Positions 26,838 to 43,563 are shown, numbered from the stretch's first letter. The stretch is DNA of 64,000 nt from Octopus vulgaris (GCA_951406725.2 OX597822.1:26660001-26724000); one strand, 5' to 3'. The notes: generated by a model from the sequence alone, not told the origin. Program-made: numbers and translations.

Positions 26838-27204
26838 GTGATTGTTGCCAGAGCAGCTAACTGGCTTCCGTGCCGGTGGCACATAAAAGGGCATCATTTG
26901 AGCGTGATCGTTACCAACATCGCCTTACTGGCACCTGTGCTGGTGGCATGTGTAAAAAGATTCAAGCGAAGTCACTGCCAGTGCCACCTGACTGGCCCTC
27001 ATGCCAGTGCCACATAAAAAGCACCCACTACACTCTCGGAGTGGTTGGCATTAGGAAGGGCATCCAGCGGTAGAAACTCTGCCAAATCAAGATTGGAGCC
27101 TGGTGCAGCCATCTGGTTTGCCAGCCCTCAGTCAAAATCGTCCAACCCATGCTAGCATGGAAAGTGGACGTTAAACGATGATGATGATGATGATGATGAT
27201 GATG
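26838..27204 (+). mobile_element. RTE LINE 3' UTR fragment
   Basis: Three gtgcc..ggcac subunits, the shared terminal domain and (GAT)n. Confidence 0.85.
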
Positions 27205-28060
27205 ACTCCCCTCATTCTCTCTCTTTCTCTTACTCTCTGAATCAGCTGCTTAGAACTGTATGGATAAGAATTATCATCATTTAGAACTACATTTCAACAG
27301 AAACCTCTATTCCTCTCCTCTTTAATTAAGACTAGTTGCACTGAATGCACATACATTTATATGCGGAGCATACACCACACACATAAATGTGTATTGAGTA
27401 GCATGCATTGTAATGCATCTCTGCATACATTACCCTTACATGAACCTATACATCTACATGTGCATTAGCAAACATGTACATTCATTTTATGCATGCAAAT
27501 CTGCACTGCTATAGATGTAAACACATGCTCAAAATCCTTACACACGCAGGTTGACAATGACAATGAGATCTAATCACTGACATGCAAGCACTATTTGTAC
27601 ATGAATGTATCCATAAATTTAAGCACATACATACACATACATGCATGCTTGTACATAGTGGTTGCATTCATTATAACCTACTTAGATTTTACATGTAGTT
27701 ATCAATAATATTAATACGCTAACTTTTTGTTTTTGTATGTACCTGTTGTGTGTGTCACACTAACTTCTTTGAAGTGGCAAAGCGAGAGAGAGGAGGACAG
27801 AGAGGAAGTAAGAGAGAAAGAGAGTGAGTGGTGACAGCATTCGTTTTGTGTTTTTAAATGTTTATCACATTGCAAGAGAAGTAGATACATATACACATTG
27901 TTAAATTAAAAGCGGGAGAGAAGAGGGACACAAAGGAAGTGATAGAGAAAGAGCGAAAGTGAGAGAGACAGTAGATACATAAATCCAAAGAAACGTTTAT
28001 ACATAGATATAAAGACACAGCAAATATTGGTTATCAATTTCACTTTTCATTACCACACAA

Positions 28061-28106
<46 letters not shown>

Positions 28107-29060
28107 GGCTTCTTCCAGTTTCCATCTACCAAATCCTACCATGCAGTAGGACTGAACTCAGAACCATGTGGTTGGGAAGCAAGCTACTTACCACACAGCC
28201 ACGCATATATTAAAATGATTTTTTGTATGTATATGATTTATAGTATGTTTCTTATATGTATGTATTTATATATGTATGTATGTGTGTGTGTGAGTGTGTG
28301 CGTGTGTGTACTTGCAGCAGAGTTCAGTCCCGTTTTTTTTTTGTTTTGTTTTTACTGAATTCTCTTCTCAAAACATTGGTCAACTTGAGGCTTTTATAAA
28401 AGACAGATGTCTCTGCCTGTTCTGTAGCAAATAGAGTTAGATTCTGCCTGCTCAATGTCGAAATCAGTCAATATCAATTACATGCTATCTCCTCTGAAAA
28501 AGACATTTTTTTTCAGAAAAATGTAAAAGGAAAAAAAAAAAAGGTGGGGATGAGGGGAAATTATCCTTGAGTTTAGGATTGATAATGAGGCAAAATAAAA
28601 AACATCAATTGTGTATTAATTAAATCAAATCTAATCAAATATTGTTCATATTGTGTAATTCTCTGTTATATTACTGTCAAACTGTCTCTGTACCTTCTAC
28701 ATACAGTCCTCCACTTTCATTTTGGTCTCTCTCAGTAATCTGTTTCTCATCCAAAGCTGTCGTATGTCAGACTAACCTGGCTCTAATTTCGCAAGTTAAT
28801 TCCTCCCCCCTGTTCTCCTCCTCCTCCTCCTCTCTCTCCCTCTCTCTTTCTCTCTCAATTTTTCTTTTGTGCTCTCTGACTATTTATCTTCCTTTCTCTC
28901 TCTCTTACTCCCTCTCATCTATTAGTACAATCACACGCACATATTTATATGTTTACTGCTTTTGCTTCATATTATTTATATATATAAGTGTATGTGTGTG
29001 CGTGCATATGTACATGTATATATGTGTATATGTTCATATGTATTTTTTCTTTTTATTTTA

Positions 29061-29103
29061 TCTAGTTTCAGCTCACGAGCTGTGGCCATGCTGGGGCACC
29101 GCC

Positions 29104-29105
<2 letters not shown>
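29061..29105 (-). mobile_element. Extreme 3' tip of the CR1-like LINE family seen at 1219-2335
   Basis: Reverse complement atggcggtgccccagcatggccacagctcgtgagctgaaactaga matches 2286-2329. Confidence 0.75.
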
Positions 29106-29148
<43 letters not shown>

Positions 29149-29520
29149 CACACACACACACATATGTATGTACTCACACACACATGCACACACATACATA
29201 TATGTACTCACACACACGTATATTTACATATATATATATGTGTGTGTGTGTGTGTTACATACTTTCTAGCTGTCTCAGAAATATACGTGTGTGTATTGTA
29301 TTGTAGGCAGTGTATTGTATGTATGCACACACACAGTCACACACACAGATACACACATATGCACACAATTAAACACTAATAGGTTTTCCTCAAAAATAAA
29401 CTGACACACACATACATACTCCCCTTAGGCTCACATGCGTCTGCATGTATACACATACATCTCCACATGTATACACACACACGCTTAAATATACACACAC
29501 TTAAATACACCCCTCTCTTA

Positions 29521-29555
<35 letters not shown>

Positions 29556-29953
29556 ATTCACTGACATGCATATGCACACATATACACTGTATTTAACTGT
29601 TTCAAAATTGCACATACAGCATGCATGCATACACTCTGCATGTAAACACTCATATGCCATGGAATGTGGGTGACTGAAATTAGAACACTACTCCCACTGA
29701 ACGAGATGTTAATCCTTTTCAGGGTTAACTTCTTGGTTGTTGCTGGAACTTGCTTACAATTGAGTGGGATGTGAGTAACAGGAAATGAAGTGATTTGCTC
29801 TAGAATTTGTTTTACTGCCCAGTTGGAATTGAAACTACGATCTTAGGATTGTGAGTGCAACATCCTAGCCTCTACGTTTCTTAAGAATGATTAAGTAAAG
29901 TTACTGGCAAATGCATGGCTAAACCCCAGAAATTACAAATGTATGTATAACAT

Positions 29954-30248
29954 GTGGAGGCGCAGTGGTTAGGGCAGCGGACTTGCGGTCAGAGGATCGC
30001 AGTTTCGATTCCCAGACCGGGCGTTGTGTGTGTTTATTGAGCGAAAATACCTAAAGCTCAACGAGGCTCTGGCAGCGGGTGGTGGTGACCCCTGTTGTAC
30101 TCTTTCACCCCAACTTTCTCTCACTCTTTCTTCCTGTTTCTTGAGTAACGCTGCAATGGAACGGAGTCCTGTCCAGCTGGGAGGAACCCATATGCCATAG
30201 AAACTGGGAAACCGGGCCCATGAGCCTGGCTAGGCTTGAAAAGGGTGA
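29954..30248 (+). mobile_element. SINE head H1 + tail T3
   Basis: Head as at 5517. The tail gagtaacgctgc...ccatgagcctggctaggct matches 59335-59440. Confidence 0.8.
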
Positions 30249-30270
30249 AAAGAAGAAGATGTATAACATG

Positions 30271-30539
30271 CGAAGGCATGTGGCTTGGTGGTTCAGCTGT
30301 TGCACCCACGATTGCTAGATCATGGGTTCATTTCCCAGGCCAAGTGGTGTGTTGCGTTGTTGAGCAAGACACTTCATTTCATGTTGCTTCAGTTCTCACT
30401 TCGGTCAGCGGGGAACGTTTGCCTGCTCGTTTAGCCAGCTGGGTGGCGTCATTTGAAGGCCAAAATAATACAAAGCACATTGAGACCAGTGATGTGTAAC
30501 AACACCTGATAGTCTCGGCAGTCACATGATCACGTGATA
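30271..30539 (+). mobile_element. SINE head H2 (CORE-like domain) + tail T2
   Basis: Head resembles 59196 (tgagcaagacacttcatttcatgttgct). The tail ends gtcacatgatcacgtgata, as in 10281 and 37987. Confidence 0.7.
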
Positions 30540-31910
30540 TATATTGCATACAAGATATAGCAACAACCATCCTTGCACTGCACATGCTTGTGCGGAATGC
30601 TTTCAGTGCAATAGAAAATGTAGAACGGAAACAAAACACTGCATGTACTCAAGAAGTACAGAACTGTTCTCAGTTGGACAGACTACTGAAAAAAAAAAAC
30701 AAAAAAATAATAATATGAATGATGCTAACAATGATTATATATGGATAATCACCAGATTATTTAGATTTGTGGGTTGGGGAATTTTAGTTAGATTCTTTGC
30801 AATGGATATCTTTTGATACCTTATAATAGCACCATTTTGATAATGGTTCTATTTTTAGCTGAAGTCGTAACATTGTGTTTATTCATATTGTTTTAGTGAG
30901 TTAAATAAAGCCGCCAGTGCTGATGGCTTTGATAGCAGCCTATTTCTTATGCTAGATACTTATATGCACACACAGGCATAACATACTAACTAAAAAAATT
31001 CATGCACATATACTTACATTGGTTTCTTGTGCTTCTTATGTTAGAACATTTTTATCTAGTGGGTGGTGTGGGTAAAGCTGGTAGAATGCTTAGTTATTTT
31101 GCCGGCTTTTTTTTTTGAGATTAAAGTGACAAAAAAGGAAAAAAAAATGCTTTGATAATTTTATTTCTATTATATTTTATTTAATTATTATTTTTAATTT
31201 ATTTTTATATTTTCCCTTTCTTATCAATTTTTCCATTTCCCCCCGCCCCTCCTTCTTCCTCTCCTTGTGGTTGGTTGAAAACCTGGAGCATAGAAATAGA
31301 TGAAAAAGAAAAAATATAATAACACAAACAAACAGAACCCCCACCCCATCCCACTAACCCTAGAATTAGAACTATCCAAAAATTCAACCAGTCCTAAGTT
31401 TGTTTATTGGTCTGCTGCACATTGTTATAGCATGAATATCATTTTGGAGAAATGAATAAAAACCTAAATAGAAGGGTAGAAAATAAATAAATATATAAAT
31501 AAATAAAATATGTCCAAAAACGAAAAAAAAAACAAAGAAAAAAGATATGCATAATAAAAAAAAAACAATAACACTAACAACAAAACCCCCACGACCATTA
31601 TTTTGTGTTTTGAGCAAAGAAATATATTTCAGTAATATAGTCGGTGGGTGTTGTAAGTAGACGTTTTATAGACACCCATTGTATTGAGAGAAAATTACAA
31701 AATCCATTAGTGATGGATTCTAAAATGAAAACGGCTTCTATTTTTTTGTTTTTTTTTGCTTTGCCATGCTTTGTTTTGTCTTTGTGTCTGCATTTAGGAA
31801 TAATTTCACTAGGAAAGGATTCTCTGATGATTTCTTTCTTCCTGTAACAGCTGTTGCAATAATACTACGTTTGCTCAATATGTTTCTTCAATATATACAT
31901 ACATGCATGC

Positions 31911-31944
<34 letters not shown>

Positions 31945-32245
31945 TGTGTGTTCTCTATCCTTCTTTCTAGTCTTGATTGCGCTTTTGTCTATGCAGAGTG
32001 CTGTAGCAAAGTGAGCTCTAGTGGCAACAATAAGTATTGAACAATTTTAATGGAAATTTCTATACTGACACTTTTATCTCTTTCTATCTTTCTCACCTTC
32101 TTTGTTGAAGATGTACAATGAAAGGGAACGAAGGCAAGCCAACTAAATAGCAACACAATAGATTGCTTGAAATTTGTTGGGTGTCTAACATATACCTATG
32201 TATATAATATATGTATATACATATATATATGTATATGTATGTATG

Positions 32246-32277
<32 letters not shown>

Positions 32278-32323
32278 TGTATGTATATGTATGTATGTAT
32301 ATGTATGTATGTATATGTATGTA

Positions 32324-32469
32324 TCATCATCATCATCATCATCGTTTAACGTCCGTTCTCCATGCTAGCATGGGTTGGACGGTTCGACCGGGGATCTGGA
32401 AAGCCAGAAGGCTGCACCAGGCTCCAGTCTTATCTGGCAGTGTTTCTACAGCTGGATGCCCTTCCTAAC
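32324..32469 (-). mobile_element. RTE LINE 3' tail fragment
   Basis: Nearly identical to 8728-8871. Confidence 0.85.
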
Positions 32470-34800
<2,331 letters not shown>

Positions 34801-35239
34801 AGAATGAGAGAGAGAGAGAGAGATGAATGAGAACAGTTTGTTTCAGATGTCTTACTTTTATAATATTTATCTTTAAGATATTTCTATTTTAAACTGAAAA
34901 CAAAATAACTGGTTTGCAATTGAATTTGAAATTATTCAACACAACAGAAAGAATTAGATAAATTTATTTATAGTTGAGTTTTTCTTTTATTTCATGATTA
35001 TGTTGTTGTTATCAGTATTATATGGATGACAGTTTGACAGAATCGTTAGCCAAAATGCCTTGATGTATTTAGTTGTTGTTCATGTTCTGAGTTCAAATGT
35101 TGCAAAGGTCAACTTCACCCTTTCCTGTTTTCAAAGTAGATAAGACAGATATTAGCATTCAAGTAAGTACTGGAGTTGATTTTAACTGAGGGTACCTTCC
35201 TACCAAAAGTTTGTGGTAAAAAATTATTTTAAGATTCAA

Positions 35240-35678
35240 GCATTGCTGTGTGGTTGAGAAGCTTGCTTCCCTATCATATGGTCTTGGGTTCAGTTCTGTT
35301 GCATGGTATCTTGGTGAAGTATCTCCTGCTATAACCTCAACCCAGTCCAGCCCAGCTAAACCAAAGTCTGGTAATTGGATTTGGTTGATGGAAACTGAAA
35401 GAAGTCTCTCGTATATGTGTGTGTATGTGTGTGTGTGTTTTTTTTTTTGTTTTGACATCATTTTATGGCTGTATACAAGCATCACTGTCATTGTTTGTTT
35501 CCAGTTGTTTGTTTCCAGTTTTCCATTACAAGCATGTCTTGCCAAGGGGAGTATTACCTTATTTGGAAATGGGTGAGGGTTGGCAACAGGAAAGGCATCA
35601 AGCTGTAAGCTGCCTCAACAAATTTCTTCTAACTCATGCAAGCAGGGAAAAATGGACATTAAATGATGAAGATGATGT
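35240..35678 (+). mobile_element. Older SINE with a family-A head and an RTE-type (GAT)n tail
   Basis: Head gctgtgtggttgagaagcttgctt...ggaaactgaaagaag; tail ggttggcaacaggaaaggcatc...catgcaagcag...aaatgatgaagatgatg. A similar copy lies at 36075-36510. Confidence 0.6.
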
Positions 35679-36207
35679 AATAAGACAGAGCTGGTCTTGC
35701 AGATAAGGAAAGAACTTGCTCTTGAGTCACTTTTGGAAATTTTCTGTCAATGAAAAATACTCAAGTTTTGGTTTCTGTTCTACCCAACCTATATATGTTT
35801 GTATGTGTATGTGATTATATGTATTTATGTATTTTTGTGTGTGTGTGTGTGATGGAAGAAACTTTATACTGTTTGCTTCAGTTTACTTGACTAAAGAACT
35901 AGATCTTTAGATCTGGGTGGAGTAAAACTGAATTATGAGTAAAACCTAATTCAGTCCGTGGAGAAATTACTTGAGATTACTTGACATTAAACACTATTGC
36001 TCTGGTGATTTGAGAGTAAAATAGTGAACAGAAACAATGAAATCGTTGTAAATTATTTATTGGTCATGTAGGGTATAGGTGTAGCTGTATGGTTAAGAGC
36101 TTGTCATCCCAACCATGTCCCTCCTGCATGACACCTTGGGTGAATATCTTCTACTTTAGCCCCAGACTTACCAAAGCCTTGTAAGTTGATTTGAAGAAGA
36201 CTGCCCA

Positions 36208-36238
<31 letters not shown>

Positions 36239-37986
36239 CATGTGCACATACATGCATGTGTGCGTCTGCCTGTGCTTTTCCTTTATCTTGGCATTTCATG
36301 ATGTTCGTAGAAGGTGTCATCATCATACAAATGTTTTATTTAATTAAAAACACATCAAGCCTCCAGAAAATATCCTGTTAAAAAAATGAGGATTGCTGAT
36401 GCAAAAAGTGTCTGCCCATAAAAAATTTGCCTCGTGTTTGACCCATGCAAACATAGAAAAATGAATGTTAAAAAAACAGAAAAAAAAAAACGATGGTGAT
36501 GGTGATGGTGTTGTTGTTGTTTTCATATTTCCTTAGTTAGAATCATGTGATCCCAGATTTGATCAGTTGTCATCACTCTGCTTATATCAGGTGTAGCAAG
36601 AACTTAAGATTAACACAAATTTATAAATTATTTCTCCAACACTCAAGAGAAATTCGATGCTGAAGATAACAGATTAAAATCGAACATTCTTATAGCTAGC
36701 TGCGAGATTCCTCCAAATTTACACTTAGTATAGCTGGTACATCTATGAACACCTAGAAGTTTCAATTTTATTCAGTAGCTAGTTTGGCATATGGAAGGAT
36801 AAATTTGATTAAACATCAAGGTTGAACCATTTCAGTGCTTTATGGCATTCCTCTGCTTTGTGGTTTAAGTTGTTCTTTCAGAGTTGGTTCATGGCTCAAG
36901 TTTCATAGCATTTGTCAATGAGATTTAGATATCGTTTCTCTGGTTGTAAATTCAGTTTATTACAAGCAACTTTATCAACAGTTAGGTAAACTGACGTAGT
37001 AAGGAATGTGGCATTTGGTGTAGATACATGATGAAAAACTGGCAATGGATTTGAACTCATGATCAGAAAGAGAAGGTAGACAAAGACCTCCTGCCATGCA
37101 GCCATTTCACCTTTGCTCCTGTAAATATACGAATCCTCTAGTGCATGTTTAGTCAAAGGTTTGGTTACTAAATCTGCTAGAAATAACAGCCAAATCTTTG
37201 TCAAACCACACACTACCAACTTTAATAAGAATATTGGATTCTAATTTTAGATAGTTATGTCTGCGAGTAAGACAGGATGTTCAATGTTGGAATCCCTTTA
37301 ACCATAGGTCTGCTCAATCAGGCTTAACTTTAGACTAAACAACAACGCAGTCTTGCTCAGAGAATTCAATGTCCTTTTGTTAACTTAGAAATAACAATCC
37401 GTATTATGAATCATGATTCATTTATTGCTTAGAAAGGTGAATATAGATGTTGTTACTGTTGTTGTTTACTCCCACATTGGCCCAGATCAATAACCAATAA
37501 TCCTAGGCCGGCCCCCAACCTATAAACAGAGGCAAGCCAGCTGTGACCATGTATTTTCTTTTTTTTATTTTGTATTTTTTATTTTGCCCATTGTGTTCTG
37601 ATTTTTTAATGTAGTGGACCATGTAATAATTTAATTGAAATTTGACTGTTATTTCTAACAGCAAACACATCTTTTTACTTGACTGGTAAAGGTTCTATGG
37701 CTGTATGGTCGTCATTTTCACTTCTACTTTTCCATGAAATTTGTTGAAGCAGTTTTTCTACAGAGAGATTTCCTTTCTGCCTCCAAGTATGGCAATACTT
37801 GTTTCCAAGCAAGGTAACATTCCCCTGTTTCCCTGTTTCCAAATAATATTTCCTCTTAACCAGGCATGCCTTGAAATAATGGGAACAAAGGAGACCACTT
37901 GCATGTCAGTGGCTCTTGTTATCAAACTGTTACATGATATCAAGGCAAGCAAGTAGTAGCACACATATACATGCATATATGTATAT

Positions 37987-38290
37987 CACATGATCATGTG
38001 ACCGACCAGACCATCAGATGTTGTTACACATCGCTGGTCACAATGCGTTCGCTTTGTTTTAGCCTTCGAATGACGCCATCCCGCTGGCTAAACGAGCTGG
38101 CCAACAGAAGAAAGAGTGGGAGAAAGAGTGGTGAAAGAGTACAGCAGGGATCACCACCCCCTGCCGGAGCCTCGTGGAGCTTTTAGGTGTTTTCGCTCAA
38201 TAAACACTCACAACGCCCGGTCTGGGAATCGAAACCGTGATCTTGCGACCGCGAGTCCGCTGCCCTAACCACTAGGCCATTGCACCTCCA
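37987..38290 (-). mobile_element. SINE family C, head H1 + tail T2
   Basis: Well-preserved sister of 10281-10579. Confidence 0.85.
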
Positions 38291-38544
38291 CATATATGTA
38301 TATATATACATATATATATATATATAGATAGATATAGATATATACAAACATGACTGACTTTCAGTTTCCACAAGGCTTACAAAGGCTTTGGTTGACCTGG
38401 GGCTAAAGTAGAAGATACTTGCACAAGGTGCCATGCTGTGAGATTGAACCCAGGACCATGTGGTTGGGAAGCAAGCTTCTTACTATACAGCCATGAGACA
38501 AAATAAAATTATTATTGTTGTTATTATTAGTAATAGTAATAATA

Positions 38545-39195
38545 ATGTGGTGAGCTGGTAGAAATGTTAGCACGCCAGGCTAAAATGCTTAGCAGTATTT
38601 TGTCTGTTCTGAGTTCAAATTCCGCCAAGGTCAACATTGCCTTTCATCCCTTCGGGGTCAGTAAATTAAATACCAGTTGCATACTGGGGTCGATCTAATG
38701 CACTGGCTCCCCTCCCCCAAAATTTCAGTAGAAAAGAATAGTAATAATAAGGTGGTGAGCTGGCAGAATCATTAGCATGCCAGGCGAAATGCTTTGCAGT
38801 ATTTCTTCTGTCTTCTTGTTCTGAGTTCAAATTCTGCCAAGGTCGACTTTGCCTTTCATACTTTTGGGGTCAATTAAATAAGTACCTATTATGCACTGGG
38901 GGTCGATGTAATCAATTTAATCCCTTTCCCCAATTTGAAGCCTTGTGCTTCCAGTAGAGAGGATTATTAATAGTAATAATAATGATTTCTAATTTTGGCA
39001 CAAGGCCAGCAAGTTTGGGGGGTGGGGTATGTCAACTACATTGACCCCAGTGCTCAGCCGGTACTTATTTTATTAACCCCGAAAGGATGAAAAGCAAAGT
39101 CGACCTCAGTGGAATTTGAACTCAGAACATAAAGATTGACACTACCGCTAAACATTTTGCCTGGTTTGCTAATGATTCTACCAGCTCGCTGCCTT
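38545..39195. mobile_element. Cluster of three family-B SINEs (+, +, -) separated by (AAT)n spacers
   Basis: Copies at about 38545-38740 (+), 38750-38965 (+) and 38985-39195 (-). Confidence 0.8.
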
Positions 39196-39624
39196 GATGA
39201 TGATGATTAATGAACTAGGAATAATATATGTGAAATGAAGCTGATTTGAATTCCAGTCATCCGGAGGGAGTCTATAATTTCTCCAGCAGGGAAAACTTAC
39301 ACTAAAAGGTATTTAATGAGATGGAAAAGAAGGGATATTTGATATTTGTTGATGTGCAAACACTGTACAACACATTAGTCAAAAATTAAGTTTCATGTAT
39401 GTCCCTCCTGAAAATATAGCTTTGTGGTTAAGATGCTTGCTTTGTAATTACGTGGTTTCAGGTACAGTCTCATTGTACCACATATTGGGCAGGTGCCTTC
39501 TAATGCCTTGTGAGTGAATTTGGTAGACAGAAACTATATGGATACTCATCATATATACATTTCTCTCTCTCACTCAATCTCTCTCTGTCTCTCACTCTCT
39601 CTCTCTCTCTCTCTCTCCCTCTCC

Positions 39625-39657
<33 letters not shown>

Positions 39658-39906
39658 GTAGAAATATGTTACAAAAAGAAAATAGAAAATACACTTGGAA
39701 ATTTAAGGGGAAAATAAGAAAAATCAACGAAAATGCACATTGTAAATAAAAAAAAAAGAAAAGAAAAGGCTTTTTATGAAGGGTAACGACAGATATATTC
39801 ATTTAGATGGACTGAGGTAGTAATAAAAGTCATGAAAGTCATTGTTATGAGATGATTAAAGAGTCAGAAAGCATACCATGGTTTTGTCATAAGCTATTAT
39901 ACATAC

Positions 39907-39967
<61 letters not shown>

Positions 39968-39968
<1 letters not shown>

Positions 39969-40160
39969 TTGTTTAAGAAACAAGTTAAAAATAATAGTTG
40001 TTACAGATAATTCCTTTATTGGAGCAAATTTGGCTTATAGGTGTTTCCAGTAGTCATTTTAGGTACTCTGCTGATAGGTTTACTCAACTGGTCTGTTGAT
40101 CAATTGAGGTAAATTGACCGACCTAAGAAAATTAATAATACTACTTTCATCAGAAAAGAA
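39968..40160 (-). mobile_element. Small insert between TA and CA tracts with a hammerhead motif having a long stem II (40032-40157)
   Basis: Minus strand CTGATGA-aagtagt...[about 100-nt hairpin including tttacctcaattgatc / gaccagttgagtaaa]...actactg-GAAAC-acct-ATA. Stems I and III are degenerate. Confidence 0.5.
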
Positions 40161-40176
40161 ACATACACACACATAT

Positions 40177-40235
<59 letters not shown>

Positions 40236-41160
40236 ATACAAATAAGAAAATGGAGAAACAAGTTTAGTTTGTTCATCAACTTACAGATATTATAATGTTA
40301 GATTATTTATTCATTTCACAAATGAGAACATCAAAAGCATACAAAATATTATATAAATCAATAGATAAGATAATAATACAAATACAGATTTTAAAAGTCA
40401 TATTATAAATTAATGAAATCCTGAAATTACTTAGAAAAGAAAGCCTGCAGTTTCCTTTTGACTGTCCCTCCATGTAGCACTGGTATCAGCATCATGACTT
40501 CCAATACAACCACTCCTTTTACTATAGACAGTCTCACTAACAGCCCCCAATAACATTACAACTACCATCAGTGACAGCCAACACCATCACCACCACCATT
40601 ATTGTTAGATTATTTCCTCTGTTTCTTAGCCTGAATTATTTTTACCTGTTCAGTCTGGTTTGGATGATACACAATACCTGTCACCATATTCCTATGTTAA
40701 AACACATATATTATCAGCTTTATTATTGCACACAAGCTTCAGCATTCAGGTTTATGATTTTATTTTATTTTATTTCTTTCTTAAATACTTAAATGACAAG
40801 TCATAATACAGTCATCAGAAGTTATGTTGTGCAAAATAAATAAAATATATGAAAAATTAATTCAAAGCCATTAAGTTTCTCAAGGACCATCTACATTCTT
40901 TTGCCTTCCCATTCAGACTGCAACTGAGGGTTGACTATAGTTGCAGGTATTTCACTTGTAATTGTTTAACCCCATGTCAGTCCTGGTAGAACAGAGTTTT
41001 ACGGATAAAGATTTGATTGAGCCGTGATCATCTGTTGTTTTTGTTATTATTATTATTTTTTTGTCAGGCATAGTGTTTCTAGGATATTGTTATATTAACT
41101 TCTTTTTCTTAAGATGGTTGGATGCAATTTGGGACAGACTTCTAGCAGGTCAAACAACTG

Positions 41161-41580
41161 TGGCATTTTTTCAGTTTGAACGGCAGCTTTTAAAAATAAT
41201 TTCCACGTAACTAAACACTTTTAAACTTCGTATACTGGTAGAATGTGTTTATAAAACATCTTTTTCTCTTGGCTTTATTGAGAAAATTCTATAGTTTGTA
41301 AGATATTTGTTGTTTTTTTTTTCTTCAATTTCTGCAATTTCAACCAATCAATGACGTCTATTGAGGTGAAAACATTCTGTGCTGCATGAATATGTCCCTC
41401 GTTTAAGAAACAGATTGGGTTTATTTACATTTGTGAAGAAAAAAAGATACCCTTCCCCACCCCTACCCCTAACCCTAAAACAGATTGAAATGCAATAGAT
41501 CGATACTAGGGTCATAATTATGGGTGACAATTTCATATGACACTGCTAGAAAAAACTGCCGTTCAAACCAAAAAGATCCC
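41161..41580. mobile_element. Non-autonomous DNA transposon with TIRs of about 28 bp
   Basis: ttttcagtttgaacggcagcttt ... aaaactgccgttcaaaccaaaaagatccc, with an internal ccctaaccctaa. Superfamily not assigned. Confidence 0.75.
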
Positions 41581-42464
41581 AACTTTGTATTGTCTCCTCC
41601 TTGGTTACATTAATGATTTCCATGCTAAATGCATCACCATTACAACTTCAATCCCTCCACTTCATTATGACTATAGAGCTGACCCCTGAACATAAAATGA
41701 GTCAAGCAATTTAATCTGTTTCTCTCAGTAGTGTTTGGGGGACAAATGAATTGAAAGAAGAAATATTTTGCATACTAATTATATAAATTTATGTAGACAA
41801 ATTAGTTTTTAACATATTTAATGAAGAGAGCATTGAAAAACTGACTAGAAAGAAATATGCAGTGCTAGCAACATGACCAAAGCACCCAGTGCACCCTGTA
41901 AATTGGTTGGCATTAGAAGGGCAGCCAGCTGTAGAAACCATGTCAAAGAAGGCATTTGAATACACAACACAACCCTTAAACCTGTTGCAACTTATCAAAC
42001 CACCCAACCCATACCAGCATGGAAGCTGGACATAGAAAGATGATGATGAGAGAAAAACAAAACCTATTACTTATTATATTTTTGTCGTTATTTTGGTAAG
42101 CATGGGAGACAAGACTGTGCATGTTTTACTTTTATTCTGATCTCATCAGAGAAGCATAGCTTTTGCAGTTCTTACTGAAGTAGTGATGGATGAATAAACC
42201 ACAAATAAATACACAGGATTGTGTGCATAGGGAATATGAAAATCTTTAAAGATTAAATTATTCAGTAATTCCATCTATGTAGAAAAATAGTTTTATATTA
42301 GTTCATGCATGCTTGCTCTTTGAGAGTAAATATATGCACGCAGAATAAACCAATAAATCTCATGATATTAAAGGTTTCAGAATGAAATAGTGTTAACTGG
42401 AGAAATTAGTGGATATAGTTATTTATCAACTAGATAGTTGTTTTCTTTTAAAATTCAAACAGCA

Positions 42465-42515
<51 letters not shown>

Positions 42516-43181
42516 TGTGAGTGAGGAGTGTTTGGACATAAGATTTATAGCATGTCTCCTAGTGTGTATTCTGCATCTTGTCAGGCCCCACCAGTACTGT
42601 TGATAAGAGGTTAACCAGAACTGAGCTGGAGATAAAGGACATCACAGGGATACAATTACATTGTCAAATGCATTAAAATTGCTGGCCTCTCTAATTTGAA
42701 AGCCACTTGGCAAAACCCCTTTATTACAAACAACTTTGTGCTGTCTCTGTCTCACCTACAACTACTTTAACAAACTTTGCTCTTTTAAAATTTCTAATAC
42801 AATGCCACTTACACTGAAGCTTAGTCAAAGCAGTTGTTAGCTCTCATTCTTATCCTCCTTTGTCCTGTACTCCCCCCCTTTTCATTTCCATTGTGTCTTA
42901 CTTCCCAGACTTACTATTGAGACACTTTGTCCAACCCCTTTTCCTGTACTGTACTTTCATTCAATTGCTTTATCATGTCCACCAGCACTTATGCTAATTG
43001 TTAATAGTAATCTAGAGTGAATAATCTCTATTAACCCAACCCAGTTTTGTTGTCTGTAAAGACCTAAAGGTACCATGCCATGTACATTACACATCCTCAA
43101 AACCAAGTGGTTATTCAGAACAAAATTGCATTCTATAAACGATCCTGTGCAGGATCCTTCACATCAATAAATTTCGAATGT

Positions 43182-43563
43182 TACTCTTTTACTTGTTTCA
43201 GTCATTTGACTGTGGCCATGCTGGAGCACCGCCTTTAGTTGAGAAAATCGACCCCAGGAATTATTCTTTGTAATCCTAGTACTTATTCTATCGGTCTCTT
43301 TTGCCGAACCGCTAAGTTATGGGGACGTAAACACCCCAGCATCGGTTGTCAAGTGATGCTGGGGCGACAAACACACACACACAAACACACACACATATAC
43401 GATGGGCTTCTTTCAGTTTCCGTCTACCAGATCCACTCACAAGGCTTTGGTTGGCCCGCGGTTATAGCAAAAGACACTTGCCCAAGGTGCCATGCAGTGG
43501 GACTGAACCCGGAACCATGTGGATCATAAGCAAACTACTTACCACACAGCCACTCCTAAGCCT
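43182..43563 (-). mobile_element. SINE family A, full length (reference copy)
   Basis: Minus strand: tRNA-like head (ggagtggctgtgtggtaag...ggttccgggttcagtccc), central domain, TG microsatellite, and a CR1-type stem-loop tail cagtcaaatgactgaaacaag. Probably one of the described octopus tRNA-SINEs (OK/OR1/OR2 type), family not verified. Confidence 0.88.

Noticed and set aside
28642-29379. 245-aa ORF
   Set aside because: Runs through CT, TA and CA microsatellites and a LINE tip; no domain signal.
41457-41478. Interstitial telomere (CCCTAA)n
   Set aside because: Only about 2-3 degenerate units, internal to a TIR element.
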